A DNA stretch of 64,000 bases from Ostrea edulis (Eukaryota), in the NCBI RefSeq assembly GCF_947568905.1, contig NC_079171.1:60574001-60638000 (forward strand), written 5' to 3'. Each line of letters starts with the position of its first letter. The stretch's first letter is position 1. Under the pieces are notes generated by a model. It was given only the letters and a program-made list of their open reading frames with translations, was not told where the DNA came from and did no database searches. A program made the position numbers and the translations under genes. Of this stretch, positions 1 through 13,256 are shown piece by piece.

Positions 1-1043
1 CACAAATCCTTCCTCGAAAATATAATGGTAAAACATTACTTCAAATCAATCTCCTTCAAAGCCATCATTTTATTGGTGCATTTCATGTAGTAACAATGTA
101 CTTACATTGGTGTTGATCAAAGAATAGAAAATTCCATGTAAACACAACAAAATCATACTTTATTTTTGTATCCTCATAATGACCTTGCTTGTTATGGAAT
201 AATGTCTATAAACATTTAAAAATGCTATATATTAGATATATGAAAACTTGAGTTGAAATCAGACTATTTTAATTGTCTTGCATCTGCCCTTTACGTGTGT
301 TTCTATTTAAGGGCTTGCTGGGTTAACAGTTTTATGTAGTGCAGGATATTTCAGATCAATATAATTAACATGACTTGGCCTTAAATTAAATCCCAATTTA
401 CAGATGACAATTGACAGAAATGGTGTAAAGCACTGAAGACATTTAACACATACTGGTGTTAGGCTTAGTGTAGGATACTAGACAAGCTTTGATTTGACAA
501 GAGTTCTCAGTTTATGTGTGTTACATACCCCAGAGAATTTAATGTGTGCTATATATCCTGGAGAATTCAATCAAATTAAGGACCAAAGAACTCCCTTAGA
601 CACCGGGTGTTATGTAACAGAAATATAGGTAATGTATTAGCATGGGATTGAAGCTGTGTGTGAGTGTATTAGGGAGAGAGGGGGTGCCTTGTGTTGTTAA
701 TGACATGGTTTTGTGACATTGGATTGAAGCTGTGTGTGAGTGTGTATTAGGGAGAGAGGGGGGGTGCCTTGTGTTGTCCGCACCTTTCCCCGCTGATTTG
801 ATTCTTTTTCGGTGGATATTGAGATGAAGGACATCTGGATTTATCTGTAGTACTGACAACAGTAGGAAGCAAATTTGGGAAAAACAGGTAATAAAGATAG
901 TTCATGAATTTGGGGGAATACCTGTAGAGGAAAAAAAACCCATTATGGTAGGAACATTAGGGGATTGTTTTCCGGTTTTTAATTTGTCCAAACCTTCTCT
1001 GATCCTTCGACGGATCTCAGTAAGTTTGTTGTTTGGGAGCCGA

Positions 1044-1700
1044 TGACGTGGTTTGTGAGCCAGTGACATGGTTTGTGAGCTAATGACATGGTTTGTGTGA
1101 CAGTGACGTGGTTTTCGAGCTATTGACAATGTTTATGGGACAGTGACATTGTCTGTGTGACAGTGACATGGTCTGTGTGACAGTGACATGGTTTGTGTGA
1201 CAGTGACGTGGTCTGTGTGACAGTGACATGGTTTATGTGACAGTGACAAGGTTTGTGAGCTAGTGACGTGGTTTGTGTGACAGTGACATGGTTTGTGAGC
1301 TAGTGATGTGGTTTGTGAGCTAGTGACAAGGTTTGTGTGACAGTGACATGGTTTTCAAGCCGGTGACATGGTTTGTGAACTATTGACAATGTTTGTTTGA
1401 CAGTGACATGGTTTGTGTGACAGTGACATGGTTTGTGAGCTGGTGACATGGTTTGTGTGATAGTGACATGGTTTGTGTGACAGTGACGTGTTTTGTGAAC
1501 CACTAATATGGATTGTGTGACAGTGATGTGGTTTGTAAGCTAGTGACGTGGTTTGTGAACCTGCAGTGATGTGGTTTATGAGCTGGTGACATGGTCTGTG
1601 GGACAGTGACATTGTTTGTGGGACAGTGACATTGTCTGTGTGGCAGTGACATGGTTTGTGTGACAGTGACATGGTCTGTGTGACAGTGACATGGTTTGTG
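1044..1700. repeat. 20-bp minisatellite (tgtgtgacagtgacatggtt), about 30 copies
   Basis: Direct inspection; explains the spurious minus-strand ORFs 1300-1763. Confidence 0.95.
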
Positions 1701-1799
1701 AGTTTCAACATTACATTGTACATTTTTATCATCTGTATTGTACTTGTTGCAAAAATGGAACAAGGAGGGCAGAGGTGAGAGTGGGAAGGTAGAGGAGAG

Positions 1800-2030
1800 G
1801 AACAGAGAGAGAGAAGGGAGGGATAGAGAGAAGGGAGGGATAGAGAGAGAAGGGAGGGATAGAGAGAGAAGGGGGGGATAGAGAGAGAAGGGAGGGATAG
1901 AGAGGGAAGGGAGGGATAGAGAGAGAAGGGAGGGATAGAGAGGGAAGGGGGGATAGAGAGAGAAGGGAGGGATAGATAGGGAAGGGAGGGATAGAGAGGG
2001 AAGGGAGGGATAGAGAGAGAAGGGAGGAAG
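1800..2030. repeat. Purine-only ~19-21-bp repeat (gagagagaagggagggata)
   Basis: Direct inspection. Confidence 0.9.
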
Positions 2031-2167
2031 AGAAACCCTTTAGAACTGCACCAGAAGTTTGGATGTATTCATTGAAGTTTCATTGAAACTTAATTGTGTA
2101 ACAGATTGTTGTGAGCGAATGATTTAGCTGTAATTTTTATAGATGTATACAATAAATCTTGAAACCG

Positions 2168-2973
2168 ATGGAGGGGTGTAAATCTTAAAACTAATAGAGA
2201 GGTGTAAATCTTAAAACTAATGGAGGGGTGTAAACATTTAAACTAATGGAGGGGTGTAAATCTTAAAACTAATAGAGAGGTGTAAATCTTAAAACTAATA
2301 GAGAGGTGTAAACCTTTAAACTAATGGAGGGGTGTAAATCTTTAAACTAATGGAGGGGTGTAAATCTTAAAACTAATATAGAGGTGTAAATCTTTAAACT
2401 AATGGAGGGGTGTAAACCTTTAAACTAATGGAGGGGTGTAAATCTTTAAACTAATGGAGGGGTGTAAATCTTAAAACTAATATAGAGGTGTAAATCTTAA
2501 AACTAATGGAGGGATGTAAACCTTTAAACTAATGGAGGGGTGTAAACCTTTAAATTAATGGGGGGTGTAAATCTTTAAACTAATGGAGGGGTGTAAATCT
2601 TAAAACTAATATAGAGGTGTAAATCTTTAAACTAATGGAGGGGTGTAAACCTTTAAACTAATGGAGGGGTGTAAATCTTAAAACTAATATAGAGGTGTAA
2701 ATCTTAAAACTAATGGAGGGATGTAAACCTTTAAACTAATGGAGGAGTGTAAACCTTTAAACTAATGGAGGGGTGTAAATCTTTAAACTAATAGAGAGGT
2801 GTAAATCTTAAAACTAATGGAGGGGTGTAAACCTTAAAACTAATGGAGGGGTGTAAACCTTTAAACTAATGGAGGGGTGTAAACCTTTAAACTAATGAAG
2901 GGGTGTAAATCTTTTTAAAGTAATGGAGGGGTGTACATTTTTAAATTAATGGAGGGGTGTAAATCTTTTGTAG
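2168..2973. repeat. ~26-27-bp minisatellite (ggaggggtgtaaatcttaaaactaat), about 30 copies, running into the exon 2974 acceptor
   Basis: Direct inspection. Confidence 0.95.
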
Positions 2974-3141
2974 GAGGAAGAGGAGGAGGGTAAACGAACA
3001 GACATCACCCGCCGAATCAGCCAGCCAATCCCCAAGGTCGTGACCCCGCCTCCAAAACAGGTGTCCCCACCCCCTCAGGTGGTTACCGAGGGAACAGACC
3101 AGGAGCTGTCCAATCTCATGCAGCAAACAGATGATGCCAAG
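2974..3141 (+). CDS. FAM186-like gene exon (EEEEEGKRTD...TDDAK), phase 0-0
   Basis: tttgtag acceptor, AAG|gtaacg donor, 56 open codons. Confidence 0.75.
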
Positions 3142-6100
3142 GTAACGACGATTCAAGGGACACAGTTACAGTTTGAGTTTTTTGTGCAGTATGCTAGGTG
3201 TATATACCACTTATCATAAACTATAATCTAGACTGTCGCTAGTGACCCCATGGGAAATTCTACCAAAAAGTCACAAACAACAGTCAGTCAGTGAATACAG
3301 CCTCGGATTTGACAGATTATAGTTATACATTTCTGCTGAGGCAGGTTAGACTGTTATTTCTATAGGAATTCATTTATACTGCGACAGTTACATGCTTTTT
3401 ATCTATTCTTGCTTACTTAATTACTTGTCTATTTCAAAGCTAGATATCATCAGCAACAATGTAGAATAAGTAATTAGATAGAACAAACGATGTGTAAAAT
3501 GAATTTAAATATAATCACGTCACTAGCGATTCCTTACAGCCAAGTTTTACATAGTGTTTGTTTGTATAGGTGTACGATTTTCCTGACATACCATTTAGAA
3601 TTCTTTTGCTTTTATTGCTAGAAAACTCAATAGTAGCTGTAAATTTGAATACTGTATATGGGGTTATTTTTCCCTTCTACACCTGGAAACAATTTTGTCC
3701 CTTTTTAAATTTACCCAAATGCAGAAAAGTTGAACAATTATTGCCCAGAGATTTTAAACTCGCTCATTCATAGATTTAGCCACTGACGAGAATGAAAGGA
3801 GCAAAAATAAAACCGGCAAAAATTTCCCTGTACACAATAGACAAAGCAGTGTAGATAGATAGATAAGGCTGTAGTTTAATCCTAATTACCACAAACTTTT
3901 AGTCCCAGCGACAGAAATCCGGCTCCAGCCGCGTCTCCTCAGCCGACCTGGATGGGGATATTGCTCCCTGGCTGTTGTCTAGAGGAAAATCCAGGAAATC
4001 CAGGTCTAGAATGGAATCTGCTAGCTCCCAATCCGAGGAAGACACGGATGAACAGAAGCGAAGATCCTCTCTCTCAAAAGCCAGTTTCCAGAGTAAATCG
4101 GAGAGGATCCAGTCGGAAATGTCCAAACTGACTGACCCCGACGAAGAAGACGAGTATCGAGTGTTTGATGAAGATAGAGCCTTAGAGTCTGACAACAAGT
4201 CTTCCTCCAGAAATCGATCAAAGTCACAAAGGAGTTTGAAAACAAGATCTATTTCAAGAAAATCTCTGTCTCATGAAGAGTCTGGGCTAAAGTCAAGGTC
4301 ATCCAGAAGAAATTCAAAGGTTGAAGGTGTTGAGAATGAGATTAGCGAAATGTTATCTCAAGAGGAAAGTCACATCTCAGCCCGAGATAAGAGTCGACTG
4401 TCGAACAGAGACAGAAGCCAGTTATCAGTTAGAGATAAAAGTGAGTTGTCAAGGAGCGAAATGTCTACTCGAGATAGAAGCCAGTTGTCAGATGCAGAAG
4501 GCAGAATATCAACTAGGCGGAAAAGTCTTCTCCAAGACAATGATCTTAATGACCTTGAATCCAAGGCAACGTCTAGGAGGAGTTCCCGTGGTAACATCAT
4601 TGAAAAAGAATCACGCCAAAGCACACACCATAGCCGGAGAAAATCTCGTGTTTCAGATAAATCTCGTGTCTCGGATAAACAATCCAGACAAAGCACTCAC
4701 TTCAGTTTCAGACCTGACATGGAAGATGGATCTGAAGAAGGAGAAGAGGAGGAAATTGAGGAGGAGTTAGTGCAAGACTCGAGGCGAACCACAGCATCAA
4801 GAGGAATGAGGAACCCAAGCAAAATCACGTCGAGGAAGACAACAATGTCCTCGCAAGGATTGAAATCTGAGGAAGAAATCATTGGTCTGGGGGATGATGA
4901 GGAATATTCTGAGGAGGACTTTGAGGATGAAGTAGAGAGGGTCCATGGATTTGAGTTTCAGGATAAGGTCGCCTCGAGGACAAGATCGCAGCCAGTGGGC
5001 CGGCTGTTATTGGAGGAGACAGACACCTCGCGTCAGGTGGACACGGCGCCAGGATTAATCAGGAGAGGGAGTATCAAAAACAGGAAGATTTCGTCTGAGG
5101 TATAGAATTAACAGCACAGACTACAACGCCTCCCCCCACAACAAGGAGTCTAAAACCACTTGTGTTGATGTTTTCTAACAGTCGTGGTTCTGTAATGTTT
5201 ATCATAACATCGTTAAAGAAAAAGCACAAATTTGACCGTGGTTAATTTTGCCGCCCTCCAAGCTTTCACCCCTATTAACTGTCCTGTGTGATACTCGTCA
5301 AATTGTCATGTCTTTTCACTGAAACTCACTTGTTTCACGGTCACTTTGATACTTGTAATTTTGAGTTATCAATGATATCAACCATCGAAACCAGTGATGA
5401 AAATAGCCACAATTTTACTTTATGGAAAATTGTCTCTCTCTGTATGTTTCACCACTATGTCAGCATAGCACTCATAAGTTTCGTGTGGTAGTGTAATTGT
5501 GTAATTTACTATGCTGAAATAGTTCTACATCAACATCTCACTATATTGATTAATTTTTAAGGAACTCTACTATCATCACTCATCATTACCATCATCATCA
5601 ACATGAGAACTTCTTTCTCTTTGTTAACAGTCAGTGTTATATTGTTTAAATCATCCTGGTTTGCAGGCACAAAAATTTTAACTAATTTCTGTCAATTTGA
5701 TTCTCTAAATACACTGTAACAGCAAAAAGTAAGTCGGATTGATCAGAGTGTATCATTTTGTTGCTTTGTTTCAAATTGATTTAAATTCATATATCTGTTA
5801 ACATGCTCGATGTAATTTTTGTCATCATTGCTCAGTGTGATTTTTGTCATCTGATTTTCTGTCAGCTGTTACATGGTTGTAGATTACGTCGATTCTTTTG
5901 ACTGTTTTAGGCGGAGGCGAGGATAACGTCGGGAGCCATGTCAGCTCCACCCGCTGTGGAACCGGAGGAAACACCCCCCAGGATGGAGGAAATTAGAAAG
6001 GTAAATACAGGGGTGGATCCAAGTTCTTCACGCAGGGGGAATACTATTCATTATATGATAAAGATTTTAGAGAGAGAGAGAGAGATAGGGAGAGACAGTG

Positions 6101-9100
6101 CATGTTTTTATAATTCAGATTTGTATTCCCGTTACTTCAACTTACTTGAACTGTTTATCTAGTAAATATACCAGTTGGAAGACATTTTAATGAACTCTAC
6201 CAACTGCATACAAAAAGTCAGTCCCTGCTATTATAATCACATTATTTCTATATTTATGGGCTTATAGTTACATTTTGTCAGCATGAATTTTATTATCAAA
6301 TTTGATATTTACAAGATTGACAGAGAGACCTCAATGTCGGACATTTATAAAATCACAATCGATGGACAGGTAAAAGTTATCTCCCTTAGTGGAACTCTCC
6401 ATTAGCTTTTGTTGTACTGTTTTCAATATTCCTGATTTGGGAACTGATTTGTTAATATTTTGTGCAATATCATATTACAAGTGATTATATAGTGGAATAT
6501 TTTTTTTTTTTATGTGTGTGGCAAAAAAAGGAAAGGCGATTTTACAGTTTTCAGATTATTCTAATAAAGTTTTTGATCAACCTGAAATTGTCGTAACTGA
6601 TTAAAAAATTCTTCTTTACATGAAAATTGTTCCTTCTTAGCCTTTCCTTAAGTAATAAAGCTTTGTTGTATTTCATTTCATCTTGAAATTTTTACAGTAT
6701 TTAATATTATGATAGTTTAATGCTGTGCCCTACTTTTGGTTTAGTCTGTATTTCATTTGATATTGAGATTTTACAGTATTTATAGTGAAATAGTGTGTCT
6801 TACTTTTGGCTAAGTCTATATTCTTCACATTTTTCTCTGAATGAATAGATAGAAGCTCAAATTGTTGTACAGACAGTATTTACTCAGAGTATATACCAAA
6901 GAAACTGTAGTCAATGGAATAGATCATGTAGAAGCATTCTGATTTTATTTAAGAACTAAATTTCATCATCGAAAATATATGAGGGCAAATGAAGTGCGGT
7001 GACGCTTCACGTTGGTTACTGCATGAAGCACATTAGTGCCTCATGAAAAGAGTCACAGTTCATACCGTCGTGTGTTTTCAAAAATGAAATTCATTTCTTT
7101 GTATATCCCTTCTTCTTCCATTTCTCTCAGAATTCTAGGACTGAAACAATACACCCCCCTCACGATACAATACGTATTGCAATATTTATTCCAGGATTCA
7201 ATATTTTCAGTACAATACATTTAGTAGAAGAAACTAATAATGACTGTAAGGTTTTAATTACGAAGATTAACAGTCACAATTTTAAAAGCAAAATGTTTCC
7301 AAACCACCAAACGGTAAGATACCTGTTGGGTGTGTATAGTGATTATGAGTTCATTATTGTTTATATTGGACGGTAAGATACCTGTTGGCTCTGTATAGTG
7401 ATAATGAGTTCATTATTGTTTATATTGGACGGTAAGATACCTGTTGGCTCTGTATAGTGATAATGAGTTCATTATTGTTTATATCGGACTGAGATACCTG
7501 TTGGGTCTGTATAGTGATAATGAGTTCATTATTGTTTATGTCAGACTGGAGACTAACAACAAGCTGACCGTTATCGAACGTCATTTTGTCCCTCGTGCAT
7601 GTAAAAATAATAAGTACAGGTCAAGCCCGATGTATTTTGCCAAACCTGATTTTAGAAACATATCAAACTGAAAATCGAGGCAATGAATCAAACATTGAAT
7701 TGAGCGTTTATATTGGAACAGTATCGATATTTCTGTGAATCGTTTCAAGCCTACCGAATTCCCCGCCGTTAAGATAGATGCAAGTTAGATGTATTGATAT
7801 GTGCATTATTTACAACTGCAGCATGTTCAGGAAGAAAAGGCTATCATTACAATTTACACAGATATCAAAAACATTGAAAATGTAAAATATTTACTAATGT
7901 ACATTGATCAGTCAGGTTTTTTGTTCATTTGGGACTCAGTTATAGAAGCCTAGTGGATAGGGCTGCTCTTTCTGAAAGCAGATGATTCAGCTTTGATTCT
8001 CGTCCGCAGAGGCCTCTGACGTAGGTAGTGACTCCGAGATTTCTTAACACGGGTAGTGACTATCTGTTCACTAAGTGCCCGCTTCAGAAGTGAACATTAC
8101 AGGTCTTTTAGATTGAAAATGGAGGTCCCGTATCTCGGTATGTGTTGGCACAATTAAGAATACTCATCACTGTTACGTCCCTGAGCGCCATTCCTAGGTC
8201 AACATTTATGGCACTTTCACCTTCAGCAGGTGACATCTTATAATACATTTCTTATTCTCAGAACTTTGTTACTAGGTCTGTAACAAGCACTTAGTCGGAA
8301 CCATTTGTTTGAAGATTTCCTTGCTCAGTGGTGACAATTAGAACTTAAATACAGTCAGCAGTTCAAATTTGAGCTGAGCATGATTTTCTTTTTCAGTGCA
8401 GCAGTTATTTTGTTTATTTTACAAAAGGTCCATGTTTATCAACAAATAGTGATTATTGATGGCAGTTAAAGTTAAGCTACTGCACTATCATTCTAATAAC
8501 ATTGTGTCGCTTCGTTTGATCAAGTTAAGGTTTCTCGTAGATTTCATTGAAACAGGTTTTACTTTTGTTCTCAATGACCAATCACATTTCTACGTTTTTC
8601 TCAATGACCAATCACATTGAAAGAACGACATAGCATGGTCATTTAAACTTACTATCATTAAAACCATATGGGTAATCAGTGAATGAAATTTGTGAAGCAA
8701 CAAACTTGTATTGGAGCGATAGTGCCACCTGTAAAGATTACTATTGTCAAAGGGCCACAACTCTTAAAGAAAATTACAGTCTTCAGTATTTATCAACTTG
8801 ATATCATTATCATGATTTAATTTTCAGTCTTTGCCAAAGAAATATAAAAAAGTCAAAGTAGACTCCGGGGTAAATTCTTATTTTTGAGGATTGAGTTTGG
8901 ATTTGAGTTGTGATGAGCTAGACATGGTTTAACTGAGAACTGACGAGATGGTGTGTGTAATAGGGCATGAAAAAAACTGCTGTGAAATGAATTTACAAAC
9001 TCTAACATCCAAATCAAATCAGATCATTTTTACTGACATAGAATTGAGAAGAGATGTTGTATAACCCAATGTTGTTTAGTTTGACAGGATCTTGAAAAAT

Positions 9101-12100
9101 ATTCCAAGTTTAGGATTTTTTTTTTCAAAATTGTCTGCTTACCTGAGATGTGTTTTTGTCCCAGCATTCAGGGATTCGGACCCCGGTGGGATCCCCGCGC
9201 TTCCCCGACTCTGGGGGTAGAGGTCTGAAGACACAGGCACAACTTCAATACACCATCCCAATCCAGGAGATCTCTGAGGTTGGAAGTCACGAGTCTGTCC
9301 ACTCCCAGCATGACTTCATCCACACACCGGAGTCCGGTCACAAAGACGCCTGGCTGACCCCGAGAATGACCCCCGCTCAAGGTCATGTGGTCCTCAGCAC
9401 CACTCCTGGTGATGTAGGGGTAGATGGGCAAGAGCTTCCTCACTCCCAGGAGTGTGCTGTCAGTAACGTGAAGATTATGCTGGAGGAGGACAACCTCTCC
9501 TCCATACAACACCGAACCTTGGAGTCGGTCCGCAACGCCCTGCAGAAGATCAACACTGACCCAATTCTGACCGATGTCCAGCTGGAGAGAACACTGACCC
9601 TCGTCTCTCTGGCCAGCCAGCTCACTGAGGAGTCCATCCAGCTTGGCATCCTGCCAGACACTGTGTTTGAGCAGTTTGCAGACATCAACTCCCGGGCCAT
9701 GTCTGAGCTGGGGATCAGTGAGGAGGACTTCAGGGTGTCAAAAACGCCCAACCCTCCGTTAGAGCTGTTGCGACCTTTGACCCGCGGCTCCCTGAGCACA
9801 CGGGATGAGGTATCACACGTTTTAACGTGCAGCACTCGTAAAAGTCCAGTCACAATTATCGTACTGATGCACTCGGAGACCTTGAAGATTTCACACACAA
9901 TCATCTCAACCAACTAACGGTTCTTGATGTTTAACTCTGCCGTTCTCTCGTTTGATTTCTATTTTCTTTTCTACACAGTTGTCCTCTTTTTAAGTGAATT
10001 TTGTGAGGCACCGAAAGAAAAAATACTTTTCATTGTAAGTCACCATGCACATAATTCATTTGATCATAATATCTTGTGTAAGTGCAGTTATTGTGCTTTA
10101 TAATTACCATCTCAATATCTGTCTCAGTTTTTTTCCTGGCGATAAAGCTTCAGATCGCTTAAGATGAAACAAATCAAAGTTAGCTGTGTAACTAATAACC
10201 ATTATAATTGTCAATGAATTTACTACTAGATGTGTTACCGAGTTGATGCCCTTACATTTGCCTCCCCCGTTTTTAGCCTTCCTCCATGATCACCTACCTA
10301 CAGGAGTTGTCTTATGCCTCTCTCCAACCCCTCCCCCCTCTGCACGGGTATCTCAGCTCCTCCCAGTCCCACCGCTTCTCACGACAGCGGAGTGGACTCT
10401 CCACCAGGGGGAGCCAGAAGATCATCTCCGCCCCTCACGTCAAACGTGAGATGACGTTTGCAACCATGGCAACGGGAGGCAGCACCATTAGAGACACCCT
10501 GACGTCTTCCTCCAAGGATTCCCTGAAATTCTTTTTAGGGCAGGGAAAGACCTCGGACTCGATGATCGCTCGTCACGGCGGAGCGGACACGGAGTTAGAC
10601 ATTATGATGATGGACTCTGAGGTACATTCCAGCCCCGCGATGCATGACGCCCAGGTGAACCTCCCCCACCACCAGCCTGCCTTGTGTTACCACGGAAACC
10701 TAACATGTCACTCTCACAAAATGTTCATAATAATGCTCTGCCAATCTTAACAACTTCAGTCGTGGAGAATTTCCTTAATTTATTTGTAATCATCACTTGT
10801 TTGTACGAGTACCCAGATTAACATTCACCGTCACTTTTAAATAAATGCTGCAGGAGTTTTGCGTCTGTTCTTACATCACAACCAGACTGACTGTACACTG
10901 TAGATACATGTACTTCCTGTTAAAATCTAGTAAGTGATTTACAGGTCGCAAGTTTTTCTTTTGTTAATATCAATGTTAAGAACTCGGAGCTGAGTTGGAA
11001 AGACGTTGCTTATTTTATGTTGAGTTGTTTATATCCATGCAGTAATCTGATGACTGTGTGTTTATTTAGTGTGTGTGTCATTATCAAGATCTGTGTGATT
11101 TTGTTGTTTTTTAAGTTGAACAGTTTTATTTTGTTTTTGTTTACTAACATGAACCGATTGTGTTTGAGTTTGCGTTAACCAAATTTTGAAATCAAGATTG
11201 TATATCCAAGAAAACTTCAAAAAGGTGGGAATGATTTCCACTGCATTCAATGTGGGTAATTGATATGAAAAATAATCTTATTGATTGTTGCTGGTTAATA
11301 TAATTGGGAATTCATTTTGAAATTACTTTAAAGACAAATTTTGTTACTTGATATTGCCATTTTGAAACAAGAGTCCAATTAGAGCTGCACTATACATAAT
11401 GCATTCAAACATTTTGCAGACCCAGACTGATCCAGAGTTGAGTACAGAATTCACGGAAGATGACATGCGTTTAAACTCTTCTCACAGTCGTGCTTCACTG
11501 AGGAACCAATTCCGAAATCGTTTGGAGGAGTCGCGTCATGCGGCAGAGGAACGTCGATCTAAATCTCCTGCGATCTCCGTTCCTTCCCAGAGATCCATCG
11601 ATGACCAGCTCGTGGAAGACGATGACTTCCCTATTCCTGATGAAATCAAAGGTCAGGGGTTAAGTTTTGCATTATCAAAAGTTTTAAAGATTTCGAAAGA
11701 GCAATTTTTCTATAAAAAAAAAAATGAATTAAGTGATTTTTTTTATGTAAAGAAAAGATCAAGGATCAAGATACGAGGGAAGTACAGTGAATCAAGCCAG
11801 ATTGTGTGTGTCCGTGATTCAAAATAAAATAAAATTCATTACACTTTTTTCCACTTTTGATGAGATTTAGTGACCTTTGAATTTTTATAAGTATTTCTCC
11901 CCCAAATTTGAACTGCAGGTATTTTAAATGACTTGTATGGTAATTGATTTCAGAAATTCGAAAATTATTGATGTTTTCACTTTACAGAGGAGATAGAAAT
12001 GGAAGACAGGGGAACCTCCCCTCCCCCTGATGCCCACCGCCAGAGCACCGCGATGTCCAGAAAGTTATCCGAACATCCCGTGGTGGGGGAGTACCTGAAA

Positions 12101-13225
12101 GCTTACGAAGGAGTGGTCAGCTTCAAGGACAATCTCTCCAGGATTATGCAGGACAGAGGTCAGTCCAATAGAATTAATCTCTATGGACACACGAACGGGA
12201 TTACATGAATACTGTAGATTCCTTATTTTACGCAAGTATTTAATATGGCAAAATGACTCGTATACGACAAATTGCATGAACATTAATTTGTGTGTGGTCT
12301 GTAATGAAGTGTTCTTAGTAACAGGAAATTAGAAGGGAGTAATCTTATTTCACGAGTTTGAAATTCATGGGATAGGAGTTCTCATAAAATCAATGAAGAT
12401 TAAGTCTTCCATGAAATCTACTGATTATTTAGACTGACTTTTTATCTACAGAGTAAATTCAGACATTTTATGTAAATGTTCCTTGTTCAGATCCTTGCAT
12501 TTTAGGACGTTGAATTTGCTGTTTTTGTTGTCTTTTCGTGAGACTAGTGTTCGAGTCGATTCTCTTTACTTTTGAGATTTTTGTTGTTGATATTTTTCTG
12601 TCAGTACTATCATTACTTTGATTTTATGTTGTAGAATTCCTGCAGGCTAGTGAGCTGCTACAGGAGCTAGACTTTGTTAAGTTTGACATGGAATCCAAAG
12701 TGCAGCCACAGCTAGAGAACATGACCAAAAACATATACTACAGTAAGTCTATAAAACAGAGGGGTGGATCCAAAGCAACTAGAGCTTACGGGGTGGGGGT
12801 TGCTGGAGTTGATAAGACAATTTCTCATGTTCGTTTTATATTTACTGTATTACACAAGTTATCTCCCTTTTTCAGCTCTGGAGGAGATAATGAGCGTACT
12901 CAGTAGTATGCTGTACGTCGAGCGTGAGCCCCTCGTATCCTCGCTCAATGGCATGTTGGTCTCCAGGGATCAAACTCGCAACACGCTCCAAAACCGGGAA
13001 CGATCGGCAGACTCCGGCCGTGGACAGACGGCCACCAGGGGGAGCAACCAGTCATTCTCTACACACTTCCCGCAGAGCGCTTCATCTCAGAAAGAGGCTT
13101 ACAAGGAGCTTCAGCAGAATTATGAGAAATTGTAAGTGTGCGTGTGAGAGTTAATCACTAAGAATAGCTGTAATAAACTGTGTATGTGTAACAGTGGTGG
13201 ATGTAGGGGGATGATACAGGGGTTG

Positions 13226-13256
<31 letters not shown>

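Noticed and set aside
404-424. Possible 21-nt exon ATG ACA ATT GAC AGA AAT GGT
   Set aside because: Weak donor and too short to support without transcripts
1300-1763. His/Cys/Thr-rich minus-strand ORFs
   Set aside because: Translations of the 20-bp minisatellite; no splice or start context
3899-4882. Several minus-strand and alternate-frame ORFs
   Set aside because: Shadows of the Ser/Arg/Glu-rich + strand exon 3903-5099
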